64,000 bases of DNA, taken from contig OX597824.1 in assembly GCA_951406725.2 (NCBI GenBank), positions 50,282,001-50,346,000 of the forward strand, in the 5' to 3' direction. Shown here piece after piece: positions 43,165-56,220 of the stretch. Position numbers and translations under genes: made by a program. Under the pieces are notes generated by a model that was not told the origin of the DNA, did no database searches, and was given only the letters and a program-made list of their open reading frames with translations. Source of the DNA: Octopus vulgaris. Taxonomy: Eukaryota. Numbering within the stretch: position 1 is the stretch's first letter; every line of letters begins with the position of its first letter.

Positions 43165-44780
43165 TGATAAGGAGCAAATTGAGTAGCATAGCATTCACTT
43201 CCAAAAAGGTATCTTTCAGGGTGATAGGCTATCAGTATTGTTCATCGTCGTGGCATTAAACCCATCTATTATACCTGCTTACAAAACACAGTGGCCATAG
43301 AAAGTATCTCCCATCTTTTCTTTGTCAATGTCCTGAAACAGTATAGGCAAAATATGAACCAAATAAAAACCACTGGACCCCATTCCCCAATTTTATACAA
43401 ACATAGGAATAAAATTTGGAGAGTCCTAATGTATCTCTTTGTCGATAAAACGTGGAAAAGTTGTACCCTCCCTTGAAAAATCTAAAAACTAGCGGCTTGA
43501 CGGGGCACCCTCTACAGCCAGGTGACAATTATAGTTGGAGATTGACAATTGTAGCTATCTTGGACAGGATGAAAGTATCAAATATGATGGGCCCACAAAT
43601 AAGAAGAGGCCTAGGAATGAATATCTCAGGAGAGTAAGGAAAATATGGTCGTCTCAACTCCCAGTATGCAACAAGCATATTGCTCATAACACCTTTGCTG
43701 TGTCCTTCCTCACGTCTACGATTGGCTTTTTGGAAATGGCCACTACAAGAATACAATAAGATGAATGTCCAAACTTGCAAGCTACTCATAGTTACAGAAA
43801 ACTTCAACATCAATGGAGATGAAGACTTGCTATACTTCCCTCGCAAGGATGTTGGCCGTGGTCTCAAGTCGATATTAATGTCATATTAAGCACCTATTGT
43901 AACACTGAAACCACACCTTCAGTAGAGGAAAGAGACTAGTAGTTATCTCGCCTAAGTTTGTGACCATGAAATCAACGACATAATTAGGATAGCTAATGAA
44001 CTTGCGGAGAGGCATGAAATAAGAGCTGATACAGTTGTCTCCCCAAGGATCATTGGTAAAATATTTGCTAAAAGAAAAAATAAGAAATGGACCGGATCTC
44101 GAAAAACAAACCATAGAAGGAATTGATCATGTTCAAAGCTTGGCATGGAGTACCGACAAGTTTATGACATCCCACTTCGAAGGACCCTGTCATGCAGTTA
44201 AAAAACAAAAGATCCCCACCAATTACCTGCAGCATAAAAGATAGAAAAAAGTTGACAAATGTAGACTGAAGACATCAACGACATTATTGCCAACTGCAAG
44301 AGAATGTCATCCAGATAATATTTTCCCATGAAGTATGATACAGAGGGCAGAACAGTCTGGAATAGGATAGCACAACAGGAAACAGCTACAGACTATGTTG
44401 ACTATATTGAAACCGATGGGTCAAAATGATATTGGTGGAACTTAAAAATTAAAACAACCATCAAGTTAAAACACATGTCAAATGCTGTGTGTGGGACCGC
44501 AAGAAAAGATACGGTTTGTCCTAGAAATCAGCTGCCCTCTGAGCACCAATGTAATTAGAAAATTACAAGAGAAAGAGAACATCTATGCATCATTGATCAG
44601 GTGTATGAAAATGCAGTGATAATGATACACTTCCAGCTTCATACCTATTGTTACTGGTCTCGAACAAAATATGGCTGAATTTAGGGTCTTGGGGAGAGAA
44701 CGCAACTCTTTAATTCGCACACTACAAATGACCACACTATCTAGGATTGTAAAAATCTGGAAGAACTTCTTAAGATTTAA
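43165..44780 (+). mobile_element. Degraded R4-clade (restriction-like endonuclease) non-LTR retrotransposon
   Basis: Motifs KGIFQGD.LS, SHLFFV, YLG, EYLRRVRKIWSS..NK, LYFPRKDVGRGL and a downstream WWN/LEISCP region occur across frames. Confidence 0.75.
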
Positions 44781-46214
44781 AGGATGATGAACAAAACAAG
44801 ATGCTTTCCTTCGCAACCTGCTGATACTAATTTTGCTTTTTTTTCTGATAGGATTACGAAAAATTGTACCGATCCAAGGCGGTGGACTGGCGTAAATGTA
44901 AGAAAATCGGACTAGATGTTCTGCTGTATTTGTTACTGCATTCTGCGTTCCGAGTTCAAATTCCACGATGGCTTACACGGATTTAAAATTATCACCTGGC
45001 AATCCTTTATCGGAGTCTGCTTTGTAGCAAGCATTCGGGTTAGGCTTCAGGTTTTAGAGCATTAACTCACCCTTAACTAAAAAAGATAAAAGCAGGAGGT
45101 CCAACAAATGTACAATGACATCTATATATTGATATAAATGCAAACACACATGTGTTTGTATTTGAGAATACACACACACACACACACACAGTTACACAGA
45201 ATCGTGCATGAAACAAAAAGCAGCTAATGCTTATCTTAGCATACACATACATATCTAGATGAATAAAATATATATATTGAGCATCACGTATACATTAGAA
45301 ACGTAGATATATCATACGCACACATATTATACATACATACACACACACACACACATACACACACACACACACATATATATTAGAGAGAGAGAGAGAGAGA
45401 GAGAAAGAGAAAGAGAGAGAAAGACAGAGAGAGGGAGCGGGGGGATTCAGAGAGAGGGGCAGGAGAGGGACAGAGAAAAATATACTACAGACACACTGAT
45501 TGTGCGTGCAGCTACATGTACGAAAAGCCAGCTAAGTGAGAAAGGAAAATTTAAGAAGTTAACTCTGCCCTATGTCTTCCCCAAAACGTTTGATTACGAT
45601 AGGCTTCATCTTTAGGTGAATGCCACCGTTTTCTTTTCTTTTTTTTCTTTTTGTATTTTGGCTTTCTACTGAAATGTCTTCCACCAGTTCTTTATACATT
45701 GGTTGAAGGCTTCATATTTGTTTTTCTTTTTTGTTTCTTGATGCCTTCATCAAATTGTAGTGGGTTTCGTTAGAATTATTGTTGTTGTTAGTCTTGATAT
45801 CATTGTTATTGTCATTGGCTAATATTGAGTTGTTTTGTTAACACAGTTGCTTGTATACATTCTCTAATTGAATGTTGTTCATTATCATTGTTATTGTCAC
45901 CATTGAGCCTCGTGTTACTTCTCAGAAGGCATACGATATCTACCCCATCTTTTATTCAGATTTAGTCTATGCAGAACTACATTATATTAATATATAACAT
46001 AGTTAATATCGTTGTTTAAATCCTAAGTCAACCTTCATGGAACAGACAAGCAAAATGTCAAAGGCTATTGCTGCGATGACCGGACTATTATTTTTTCTTG
46101 AGGTCAACATTGTTCAATGTGCCGCTTCATAAGTGAGGAGGCAGAAATTTGGTTGCTATTTTTAGCATTTTCAACAGCACACAGAATATCTGCCATTATT
46201 ACTAGTGACTTTTC

Positions 46215-46565
46215 CACCGAGGTCGACTTCGTCTTTCATCCTTTCGGGGTAGATAAATGAAGTACCAGAGAAACACTGGGGTCGATGTAATCGACTAGTC
46301 CCCTTCCCTTAAAATTTCAAAGCCGTGTGCCTTCAGTTGAAAGGATTATTACTAGTGGCTTTAAGGCGGCGAGTTGGCAGAATCATTAGCAGACCGGACG
46401 AAATGCTTAGCGCCATTTCGTCTGTCTTTACGTTCTGAGTTCAAATCCCGCTGTGGTCGACTTTGCCTTTTATCATTTCGAGGTCAATAAACTAAGTACT
46501 ATTTGAATACTGGGGTCGGTGTAATCGACTTAAACCTTTCACTGAAATTGCTGGCCTTGTGCCAA
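46215..46565 (+). mobile_element. Two adjacent SINE family B copies (partial plus near full)
   Basis: GGCGGCGAGTTGGCAGAATC head at ~46365, with family core motifs. Confidence 0.8.
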
Positions 46566-46667
46566 GCACCGAGTCAGACCTAGTCTTGTAGGCACATGAA
46601 AGATGAAAAGGTCGCAATTTGATCGTCAAAAACGGTCAAGTTGTGACCAACTGATCTTTTATTCAAG

Positions 46668-47000
46668 AAAGCACATGGTTCAGTAGTAAGAGCGTCGGGA
46701 TCGCAATCAAGAGGTAGTGAGTTCGGTCCCTGGACCAGGCTGTGTGATGTGTTCTTGAGCAAGACACTTCATTTCACGTTGCCCCAGTTCACTCAGCTGT
46801 AGAAATGAGTTGTGACGTCACTGCTGCCAAATTGTATCATTCATTGCCTTTCCCCTGGTTAACACCGATGGCGTTAAGAGGGGAGGCTGGTATGCACGGA
46901 CGACTGCTGATCTTCCATAAACAACCTTGACCGGACTTGTGCCTAGGAGGGGAACTTTCTAGGTGCAATCCCATGATCATTCATGACCGAAGGGGGGTTT
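46668..47000 (+). mobile_element. tRNA-Arg-like CORE SINE, family C (possibly octopus OR2-related)
   Basis: Head with GGATCGCAATC and GAGTTCGGTCC, then GTGTTCTTGAGCAAGACACTTCATTTCAC. The family name is recalled, not verified. Confidence 0.75.
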
Positions 47001-47422
47001 TAATGTTTCCACAGCTGTGTCATCACCGAGTCATTCCTTTTTAGTAGACAGTAAAATGCAATTTCAAAGAGATTTGTTGCTATTTTTAAAAAGTTCGAAC
47101 TACAACATAGAGGTGTACTTTTAGCTCGTTGATATTCTATGATATATCTATGATTTAAAGAATGCTGTTTGTCGTTGTTTATGCAGAAATAATGTACAAC
47201 GTTAAACAAATAGCTTGTTGTTATATGGTGGTTGTTACTGTTAGAAACGTTGTGAGACCGGTCATCCCTAAAAGTGTTGACATACTCTTTATCGGAGATA
47301 TTCTGATCTTGGTCAACCAGTTCGTGTTTTCATATACAGAGGATTGCATTAGGCACCGTAGCCTTCAATCATCATCTTCCTCCTCCTCCTCTCCTCCTCC
47401 TCCTCATCATCATCATCGTAAT

Positions 47423-47455
<33 letters not shown>

Positions 47456-47617
47456 CATTTTCTTCTTATCATCATATATGTGTATATGTGCGTGTGTATA
47501 CGCACACGATAAGCTTATACATATTCACACACATAATTATATGTATGTATCCAGCTTAATCAATTTGGCTCAACACGCGCACACACATACAAATTTGCTT
47601 ATGTGTATATGTATATA

Positions 47618-47690
<73 letters not shown>

Positions 47691-47856
47691 TTGTATATAT
47701 ATATGCATGCATATATATATATATAAATATATACAAATATATAGATATGTATATATATATATATATATATACGCACACACATAGATGAATAGATCGATTG
47801 ATAGATATTATTTTCAATCTGTAGAAGTTAAAAAATACCACACACACACGTCTATA

Positions 47857-47894
<38 letters not shown>

Positions 47895-47901
47895 CATGCA
47901 T

Positions 47902-47940
<39 letters not shown>

Positions 47941-48625
47941 TAGATATATTTACATGTATATTTTATACATATATACACACGCGTCATTACATAAATACGT
48001 GTATATTTAAATATATGTATGCACGCGTGTGTTTGTGCGTGTGTGTTTGTGTGTGTGTATGTGCGTGTGCGCACGTATGTATGTATAAGTGCTTGTATGT
48101 ATATACATGCAGAAACACTGAGACAGACCGACAGACATGGAGATTCCCGCCTTCCAAAATTTTGGTGTGAGATTTTTTTCTTTGGGACACTTTATACATA
48201 CTATTTTTTTCCCTTTCTCTATAACCTAAGGTATTGAACACCACCCATCTTTCTACACTGGGACACCCTACTTTTTCCCCCTACACTAACTGTCACTTTT
48301 CCCTATTTTTTCGCATCTATTGGTTTTTGTATGTAGTTCTGTTTCTTTCTCACCACCGACTACATGTTTCGAATCTTTGCGTGTTATTTTTTGTTTACTT
48401 TTTCACTGCTATTTATTTATTTATCTATTTATTTATATAACTTTTTCATTGCCCGCCATTTTCGTTTTTTTTCTTTATGTTTTGTAATTTTTTGTCTTCT
48501 TGTTTTCTCTTTATCCATTTAATAACAGGATATCTATGATTGGCCTAGCAAAGCGCCTTTTAACATATCTTAAAGATCTTTTTGACATCTTTTTGCCGTC
48601 ATTTGACGTTACTTTGTGATATATA

Positions 48626-48670
<45 letters not shown>

Positions 48671-48689
48671 ATATATGTATGTATATAAA

Positions 48690-48825
<136 letters not shown>

Positions 48826-48999
48826 TATGTATATATATATATATATGTGTGTGTGTGTATACATACATATATATATATAGTGTATATATACATGTATATG
48901 TGTGTGTGTGTAGGTATAGTTGAAAATATGGTCGCATTTGCTTTTGGTAAAGCTGTGTGTTGGTTGTGTTGCATTACTACTGTTATTAATTTACCTTTG

Positions 49000-49090
<91 letters not shown>

Positions 49091-50003
49091 TATTATTATT
49101 AATAGTTTCATCATTATTGATATTTTCTTTTTGTAGTATTTTTTACTTTAAATCGTTTCTTTGTATCACATTCTTTGTTACTATTATATTATTTGTTTAT
49201 TTCATTTTGTTTTAAAATTTGTTATTTTGTTATAAATTTTCGTACAATCACATACTTCCTATCGAACACGGGCTCATATATAAACACACTCATAAATACA
49301 CGCACGCTCCCCTCCCCCCCACACACACACTCACGTGAGTGTGTGTGGACGTATATTGGTTTATATATACTTATATACAAACACACAAGCCCACACACAT
49401 ATCTGTATAATAATGCATATATATGTTTTATATGTATATATATATATGAACATGTGTCCACATGATTATGTATATATTTATACTCATGTATATATAGTAT
49501 ATATATATATATACACGCACACACACGCATATGTACACACAGACACAGACACACGCACACACAGACACACACACACATATATATATATACACACACACAT
49601 ACAAACATATGTGTATGTGTGTGAGTGAGTTTTCGTATGTGTGTGTTGGAGTTTGTGTGTGTCTGGCCGTGTGTGTTTGAGCGTATATGTATGCATATGA
49701 GTTGGTCTGTGTGAGCTCATGTGTGCGTTTGGGTTTGAGTGCTTGTGCGTGTGTGTTTAAGTATACGTATGGAGGTATACTTTCCGAACATTGCTAACAA
49801 AGACTCATCTCCTTCCACATCCAGCATCACTACAATCATTCTCATACTCAACACTGAAATTGAGTCCTCGACACTTTTTTGTTTCTCACCATCTTTTTGC
49901 GCACACCTATACTCTGAACACATACAGTATGTAACTACATTCATATATATACACACAAGTATATATACATATATGTGTGTGCACGTGTGTGTGTGAGTGT
50001 GTT

Positions 50004-50049
<46 letters not shown>

Positions 50050-50228
50050 CATACATACATACATACATACATACATACATACATACATACATGCATGCAT
50101 ACATACATACATAATACAAATCTGCTTGTGCAGTCACAATTGCACAGGCACTCACGGACACATATATATGCATGTATATATATATGTGTGTGTGTGTGTA
50201 TATATATATACATATGTACATGTGTTTA

Positions 50229-50310
<82 letters not shown>

Positions 50311-50841
50311 ATACACTCACATATAATTATGTATCTGCGTGTGTGTGTTGGTGTAATTTCTTTTTCTGATAGAATGCTGAAACATTATCAAGATACCGGC
50401 AAGTTATAGAAGAAGGTACGGGTGTGTAAAAGAGAACGAAAATCGAGGGTGAGAAGTTGGGCAGGCGCTAGCATTTTGGTGTTTGGTGAGTTTGTTCAAG
50501 TTGGCGCAACTACAAATACCTTGCTAAGGGCTCCGACGATCGACCAATAAAACGGTGACACTGAATGTTAATGTATCTAATAAGAGTAATTACACTTACT
50601 GTCTCACCTTGTTTTTATACCTCTGAGCAGATCACCACTTCACTCGGCTTAATACATACACTAACGTTCAGTTACAAATATATATACATGGGCACTTGCA
50701 CACGAACGTACGCTGCACACGCATAGACGCTTTCACAGACGTGCATGCGTGCATGTATATGTAAATGTATATGTATATGTATACACACAGGCACACAAAC
50801 ATACGCACGCTTGCGTGCACGCGCACACACACACATATGTT

Positions 50842-50891
<50 letters not shown>

Positions 50892-51164
50892 TGTGTGTGT
50901 ATGTGTGTGCATGCGAGTGGGCGCGCACGTGTGTGTGTGTTGTGTGAGTGTTTGCGTACAGAAAAGGAAATAGACAGAGCATGCCTGGGAATGAGCGGGA
51001 GAGAAATTGTAGGTACATAAATACATACAAGTAACGTTTGTGTGTGCATGTACTATATATATATATATATATACATGTATACATATATATATGTATGTAT
51101 AGATGTATACACACAAGCACACATATATATGCATGTATGTATATATATATATACATACATACAT

Positions 51165-51245
<81 letters not shown>

Positions 51246-51439
51246 AGAACAGTTGTATTTTTTGTTATGTATAAAAACAATTGGCCATTAAACTTGAGGA
51301 TTCTTCAATACTTTTTGTTAACTTGTGAAAAGAAAAGTTTGACAGTTCGAAGTTTTGGTTTCCGTCTTCTGACTCTCTTCATGATGACCACCACGTCAAA
51401 ACTTAGACGTGACTGTCAATCTTTTTTTTGTAAATGTTC

Positions 51440-51489
<50 letters not shown>

Positions 51490-51518
51490 TTATATACCGG
51501 AGTAAACACATAACGAAA

Positions 51519-51556
51519 CTGTCCGACGAACAGGAACGTGAAACTCCGAGTAACAG
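51519..51556 (+). ncRNA. Minimal type I hammerhead, core CCGACGA
   Basis: ctgt CCGACGA ac aggaac gt GAAA CTCCGAG TA acag. Stems I and III pair; GUA cleavage triplet. Confidence 0.7.
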
Positions 51557-51604
51557 CTTTTGTTAAATTTCTGCTGCTTTTAAATAAAGTATATATATAT
51601 ATTT

Positions 51605-52040
51605 TTTTTTTATTTAGTTTCAGCTCACAAGCTGTGGCCATGCTGGGGTACCGCCATTTGGTGTTACTACATGATTTTACTTCACGAATGCTTTTTAGCG
51701 AATGCCATCTGGTGCATGAGAGAGTTCGATGCAGCTGCCCTCATCTGCACCTCCTGCCGTGAAGTTGGTTCATCTGGGACACCTGACAAGAAGAGATCCA
51801 GTTTCATTTTAAAGACATCTGCATCCACCCCATGCAGGTCTCTTAGGTTCTTCGGTAGGATATTAAAGAGCTGTAGGCCTCTGAAGCCCAGGCTATCACA
51901 GTATCTTGTCCTACAACTTGATAGCAAGTCTGGGTCCTTGGCACTATGCAGTGGCGTCCAGTTCTGGCATTTGTGTAACTCTCGGTGCCAAAGTTTGGGA
52001 CAAGTCCTTCTAGGATCTTCCAGATGTATATTATGGCATA
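51605..52040 (-). mobile_element. 3' end of a CR1/L2-group LINE
   Basis: Encodes IIYIWKILEGLVPN and GLQLFNILPKNLR...FKMKLDLFLSGVPDEP, followed by a short 3' UTR and A-rich end. Confidence 0.8.
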
Positions 52041-52641
52041 TATATATATTTCAATCATAAATATCTGTATTAAATCAAACAATCTCTTAAATCAATGCAG
52101 AAATGAAGCTACTTCATCAAGAGAGAGAAAGATCTCCGTTACATATTAAAGTCTTCACGTAATGTTCAAAGAACGCAATGTCAATATTTAAACAGAACGT
52201 TATTGTATATGGAAGACAATAATAATAAATTAATGTAAAATAATAAAACAATTTCCTAAGAAAGGGAGAGGAAGGTTATAAATAACTTTATACAGTCCTT
52301 CTAGTTTTCCCTTGTATCGTACTTTACATTCTATATTTTTGTAGAATGAGTACAGCCGGATTAGCTGAAACCATATATTGTGACGTACATTTACATACAT
52401 ATATATTTGTGTGTGTATGTGCTGTGTGTGTGTGTTCTATGTATGTATATATAAATTTGACTGGTGATACAGTATGGGCAGATTTTCGAAATCCAATGAA
52501 TCTTTATACATTTTTACAGTTACGAAATTTTACAAATACACTTTCTCAGGGAGATATGATATACCTATTACAATGGGTAATACTACATGTACTTCTCATA
52601 TTTTTTATAGTGTGATGTAACGCTTTGGAATAACAATGTTT

Positions 52642-52732
52642 GCGGCCGAAGAGAGCTTTAAACCATCTTTTATATCAATTATACACTGATATAAGAACGG
52701 GTAGTTTATAAAGCTTGAGAGACGTGTACCGC
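52642..52732 (+). ncRNA. Degenerate hammerhead (CCGAAGA core, long stem II, GAAAC mutated)
   Basis: gcgg CCGAAGA gagcttta...taaagctt GAGAG ACGT GTA ccgc. Confidence 0.5.
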
Positions 52733-52766
52733 GATATCCATTGTGCTCAGTTTTTGATTTTATTTG

Positions 52767-52835
<69 letters not shown>

Positions 52836-53264
52836 AATAGAAGTTTTCTTAATTACAGCTACCAAGGGTTTCGTGGCCGAAACATTATTTCGCTATTTTT
52901 CAAGTTGCGAACAAGAGGATTTGAACTTAAGAAACTCCAACGGCTATGTAAATTCCAGGCACGGGATTTTTTCATTTTGTCCGCGGTTTAACAAATACAT
53001 CTTAGCAAATACATTAAAACACAGGTCAGCGGAAACACCGAAAATATCTTTGTTTATGAACATCATCTGTTGTAACGTTGGTTATCTCCCCTGTGCTTTT
53101 CTCTCTGTCTTTTCTTACGAGCGTTCTTTGGTAAACGTCTTAAGTGTTTCAGCTACTAAAATCTCGGCTGCTACACTTCTGTTTTCTATCACAACATTAT
53201 ATTTACTCTATCAGCTGATCGATTATTATTCTAGATGCCGAAGCCTTAATACAAGCCTTACTGC

Positions 53265-53421
<157 letters not shown>

Positions 53422-53429
53422 TATATCTA

Positions 53430-53468
<39 letters not shown>

Positions 53469-53851
53469 ATATATATATATATAGATATATATATACATAT
53501 ACATACCAGATAGACCACTCCTTTAGTTGATCTACCATCAGGGAACCGTACGTTATATAAATATATATATATAAATATATATACATACATACATACCTAT
53601 ATATGTATATATATACATATATATACACACACATACATGCATACATCTATGTGCACACATATCTATGAATGGTGTATATATATGTATATATATATACATA
53701 CATATATATACGTATACATACATACATGCATACACACATTATTATTATTATTATTATCATTTTTTATTATTATTGTTATTATTATTATTATTATCATCAT
53801 TATTATTATTTGTAAGTCTCTCTAAAGGAGACTATAGCAGCGGTACTGGAT

Positions 53852-54230
53852 ATTAATAGTTATCGCCAAGCTAATATGGCAGTCTATAAATATAGGATGA
53901 GTGCTGGCGTTGATTAGCTCCAAGAGGCCATCGCCTCTAGCTAGTTATGTGACAAACGAACTTGTGTCTGTTATCACCTTCGAACAAGGGAGGTCAGCCG
54001 CTTCCCCTTGCTGGTCAGGCATCTGCAGACTAGTTTCAGGGTATTTCCCCTTTATGAATGCAGAGTAGCTGAACCCAGATGCCTGAACAGCAAGGGGAAG
54101 CGGCTGACCTCCCCTGTTCAAAGGTAATAATGCACACAGCTAGCTAGAGGAGATGGTCTCTTGGAGCTAATCAACGGCAGCACTCGTCCTATATTTATGG
54201 ACTGTCATATTAGCTAGGCGATAACTATTA

Positions 54231-54232
<2 letters not shown>
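53852..54232. mobile_element. ~380-bp foldback (inverted pLTR-like pair) with a hammerhead remnant in the spacer
   Basis: Arms at 53852-54025 and 54076-54232. Minus strand 54023-54063 reads ctgca TTCATAA agggg aaata ccct GAAAC TA GTC tgcag. Confidence 0.8.
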
Positions 54233-54268
<36 letters not shown>

Positions 54269-54287
54269 ATATATATATATATATATA

Positions 54288-54324
54288 GGCGCAGAAGTGG
54301 CTGTGTGATAAGTAGCTTGCTTAC
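54288..54324 (+). mobile_element. SINE family A 5' head up to the insertion site (includes left TSD 54310-54324)
   Basis: GGCGCAGAAGTGGCTGTGTGATAAGTAGCTTGCTTAC, continuing at 56581. Confidence 0.9.
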
Positions 54325-54348
54325 AGGTTGCTTCTGCGCATGTGCGAG

Positions 54349-54385
54349 TCAGTGTTGTGTTTGGCACTGAAGCGGTGAAGACGTG
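54349..54385 (+). promoter_or_regulatory. Putative internal Pol II promoter (Inr TCAGT plus DPE-like AGACGTG)
   Basis: TCAGT at 54349-54353 and AGACG at +29 relative to the A. A TGCGCATGTGC motif lies just upstream. Confidence 0.45.
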
Positions 54386-54942
54386 CTTTTGAAGCCGTCT
54401 TGAATTGAACATTTTTGAAGCCCCATTGTAAGGTAAGATTCTGTTTTCTGGGTCCAGTGGGAGTTTTTGTTGAAAATTGTTTTTTACAGGCAGGAAGTCC
54501 TACTGGATTCAGAATTCTGATTCTGCCGACATCGGGCAAATATATTTTTCTCGCTGAATTGTGAGAATTTTTTGGGGGCGTATTCGTCTTCGATAATTGA
54601 GTGAATATCTTTCTCACCTAATTATGAGAATTGTATTGTGCTGTGAAGAACTTTAAGAATTGTGAGAACTGTTATATAGGGAGTGTTTTGCCTCCGAAGT
54701 TTGAACAATTTTTACCAATTTTACACCAATTTTTGTGGAAGTTGTGTTCCAGTTGCGGCGTTCCGGGTTCAATTTAGGCCGGGAGTACCGAATGGCCAGA
54801 AGGTTTTTGCTGTGTTATTGACTTTCTTTTTAACTTTATTTGACTTTCTCCTTTTTTGTTCATTGTGACTTTCTTCTGATTTCTTTTTCTTCTCGCTTTT
54901 TAAGTTTTATTTTGAATATATTTAAAAAAAGAAAAAAAAAAC

Positions 54943-56220
54943 ATGGCAATGAAAAATGACAAAGTTTTGGAATGGGAGATCATACCGCCTAAAAAGTGGT
55001 TAAAAGACCGTGAAGATAGGACGGTGGTGTTGAGAACCTACTCCAAGGCACTCGACACCATCGCCCTGTTCGAAAAGACGGCAATTGAAAAGGAGTTGGC
55101 AGAGTATTTGCCAACAATTAAATTCATTTCCAGAGGTGTCAAATATGCAACGGTGTGGTTGCTATTTGACACCCCTGAAGAGGCTTGCAAATTTGCTAGT
55201 AAACCACTGGAGGGTAAGGACATTTTATTCCTGTCCACGTACCAAAAAAAGAGACTGACGAAAGCTTGGATTTGTGGGCTGCCACCCGGGATAGAACCCG
55301 AGTGGATAGAGGAGACTATCCGCCGGGGTCTGGGTAGCAGCGAAACTAAGCTCCTTAATGTAAAAGTTCTTCCTGCGGCTGCTTGGGTTGGGTCAAAAGC
55401 AATTTTGACCCTTTGGACCCAATCAGCCAATCTGGTTCTTCCAGATTTTTTGAAAATGGCCGGGTGCAGGTACCCGGTGATGCTTGAGGGTCGCCCCCCC
55501 TAAGTGTCATCGGTGCTTGGAGTCCGGCCATATAAAGAAGAACTGTCCCCGGGAACAAAATAGGATCCCGGAACAGTTAAGTGAAACCCCTGTAGAAGAG
55601 GGAATGATAACGGCCGAGGAAGCAGAGGACTCCTCAAACAGAGGCCGAAAGAGGAAGGTGAGCAACAATGGGTGCTCACCAAAGGATACTAGGGATGAGG
55701 AGGGAAAGGCGAATCTTCCGGCCACGGAGGAACGCACCCTCCCTCAGTTGAAAAGAAAAAAAAGAAAAAGAGGAAGAGAAACGGGACATTACCGGCTGTC
55801 GGTGACATAGCACCGGAATGTCCCGGAACTACGTCGGTTGGGGTTGTGCCACCAACAGGAGAATAAATACCGTTGGCGGGAACTGTGCCGCCAACGAAAG
55901 AATTGAATATCCCGCACCCGAGCAAAAACGAGGTATTGATCCTCTTCTATAGAGGCGGAGAGATTGAAAAGGTGATGGAAAAGCACCACAAGGGAGCACC
56001 TTTAGCCTTCACACAGGACCCCGAATGGCCTCCGCAGGTAGCTGTGGAGGCCGTGGCGTTCGACGTGACACTTGGGCTGAAGGAGCTCAATGAGGATTAT
56101 AGCTTGGTCCCGGGCGACGCTAACTCGGAACTCGATTACGTTCTGAGGGAGGCGTGGTGGATGGTGGAGGGCGCGGGCACAAGTTATTTCGAGGACGAGT
56201 CAAATTGTGATACGACTTGA
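54943..56220 (+). pseudogene. gag/ORF1-like nucleic-acid-binding protein (~425 codons) with CX2CX4HX4C knuckle; two frame breaks and one stop
   Basis: Starts AAACATGG; contains KCHRCLESGHIKKNC and basic GRKRK/KRKKRKR motifs. Breaks at the C7 run (55494-55500), near the A run (~55756-55763) and TAA 55864. The C-terminal LFYRG.E.E.EKHH.GA block is conserved in copy 1. Confidence 0.85.

Noticed and set aside
50528-50570. Fourth CCGACGA hammerhead
   Set aside because: The GAAA and stem I partner are not convincingly present.
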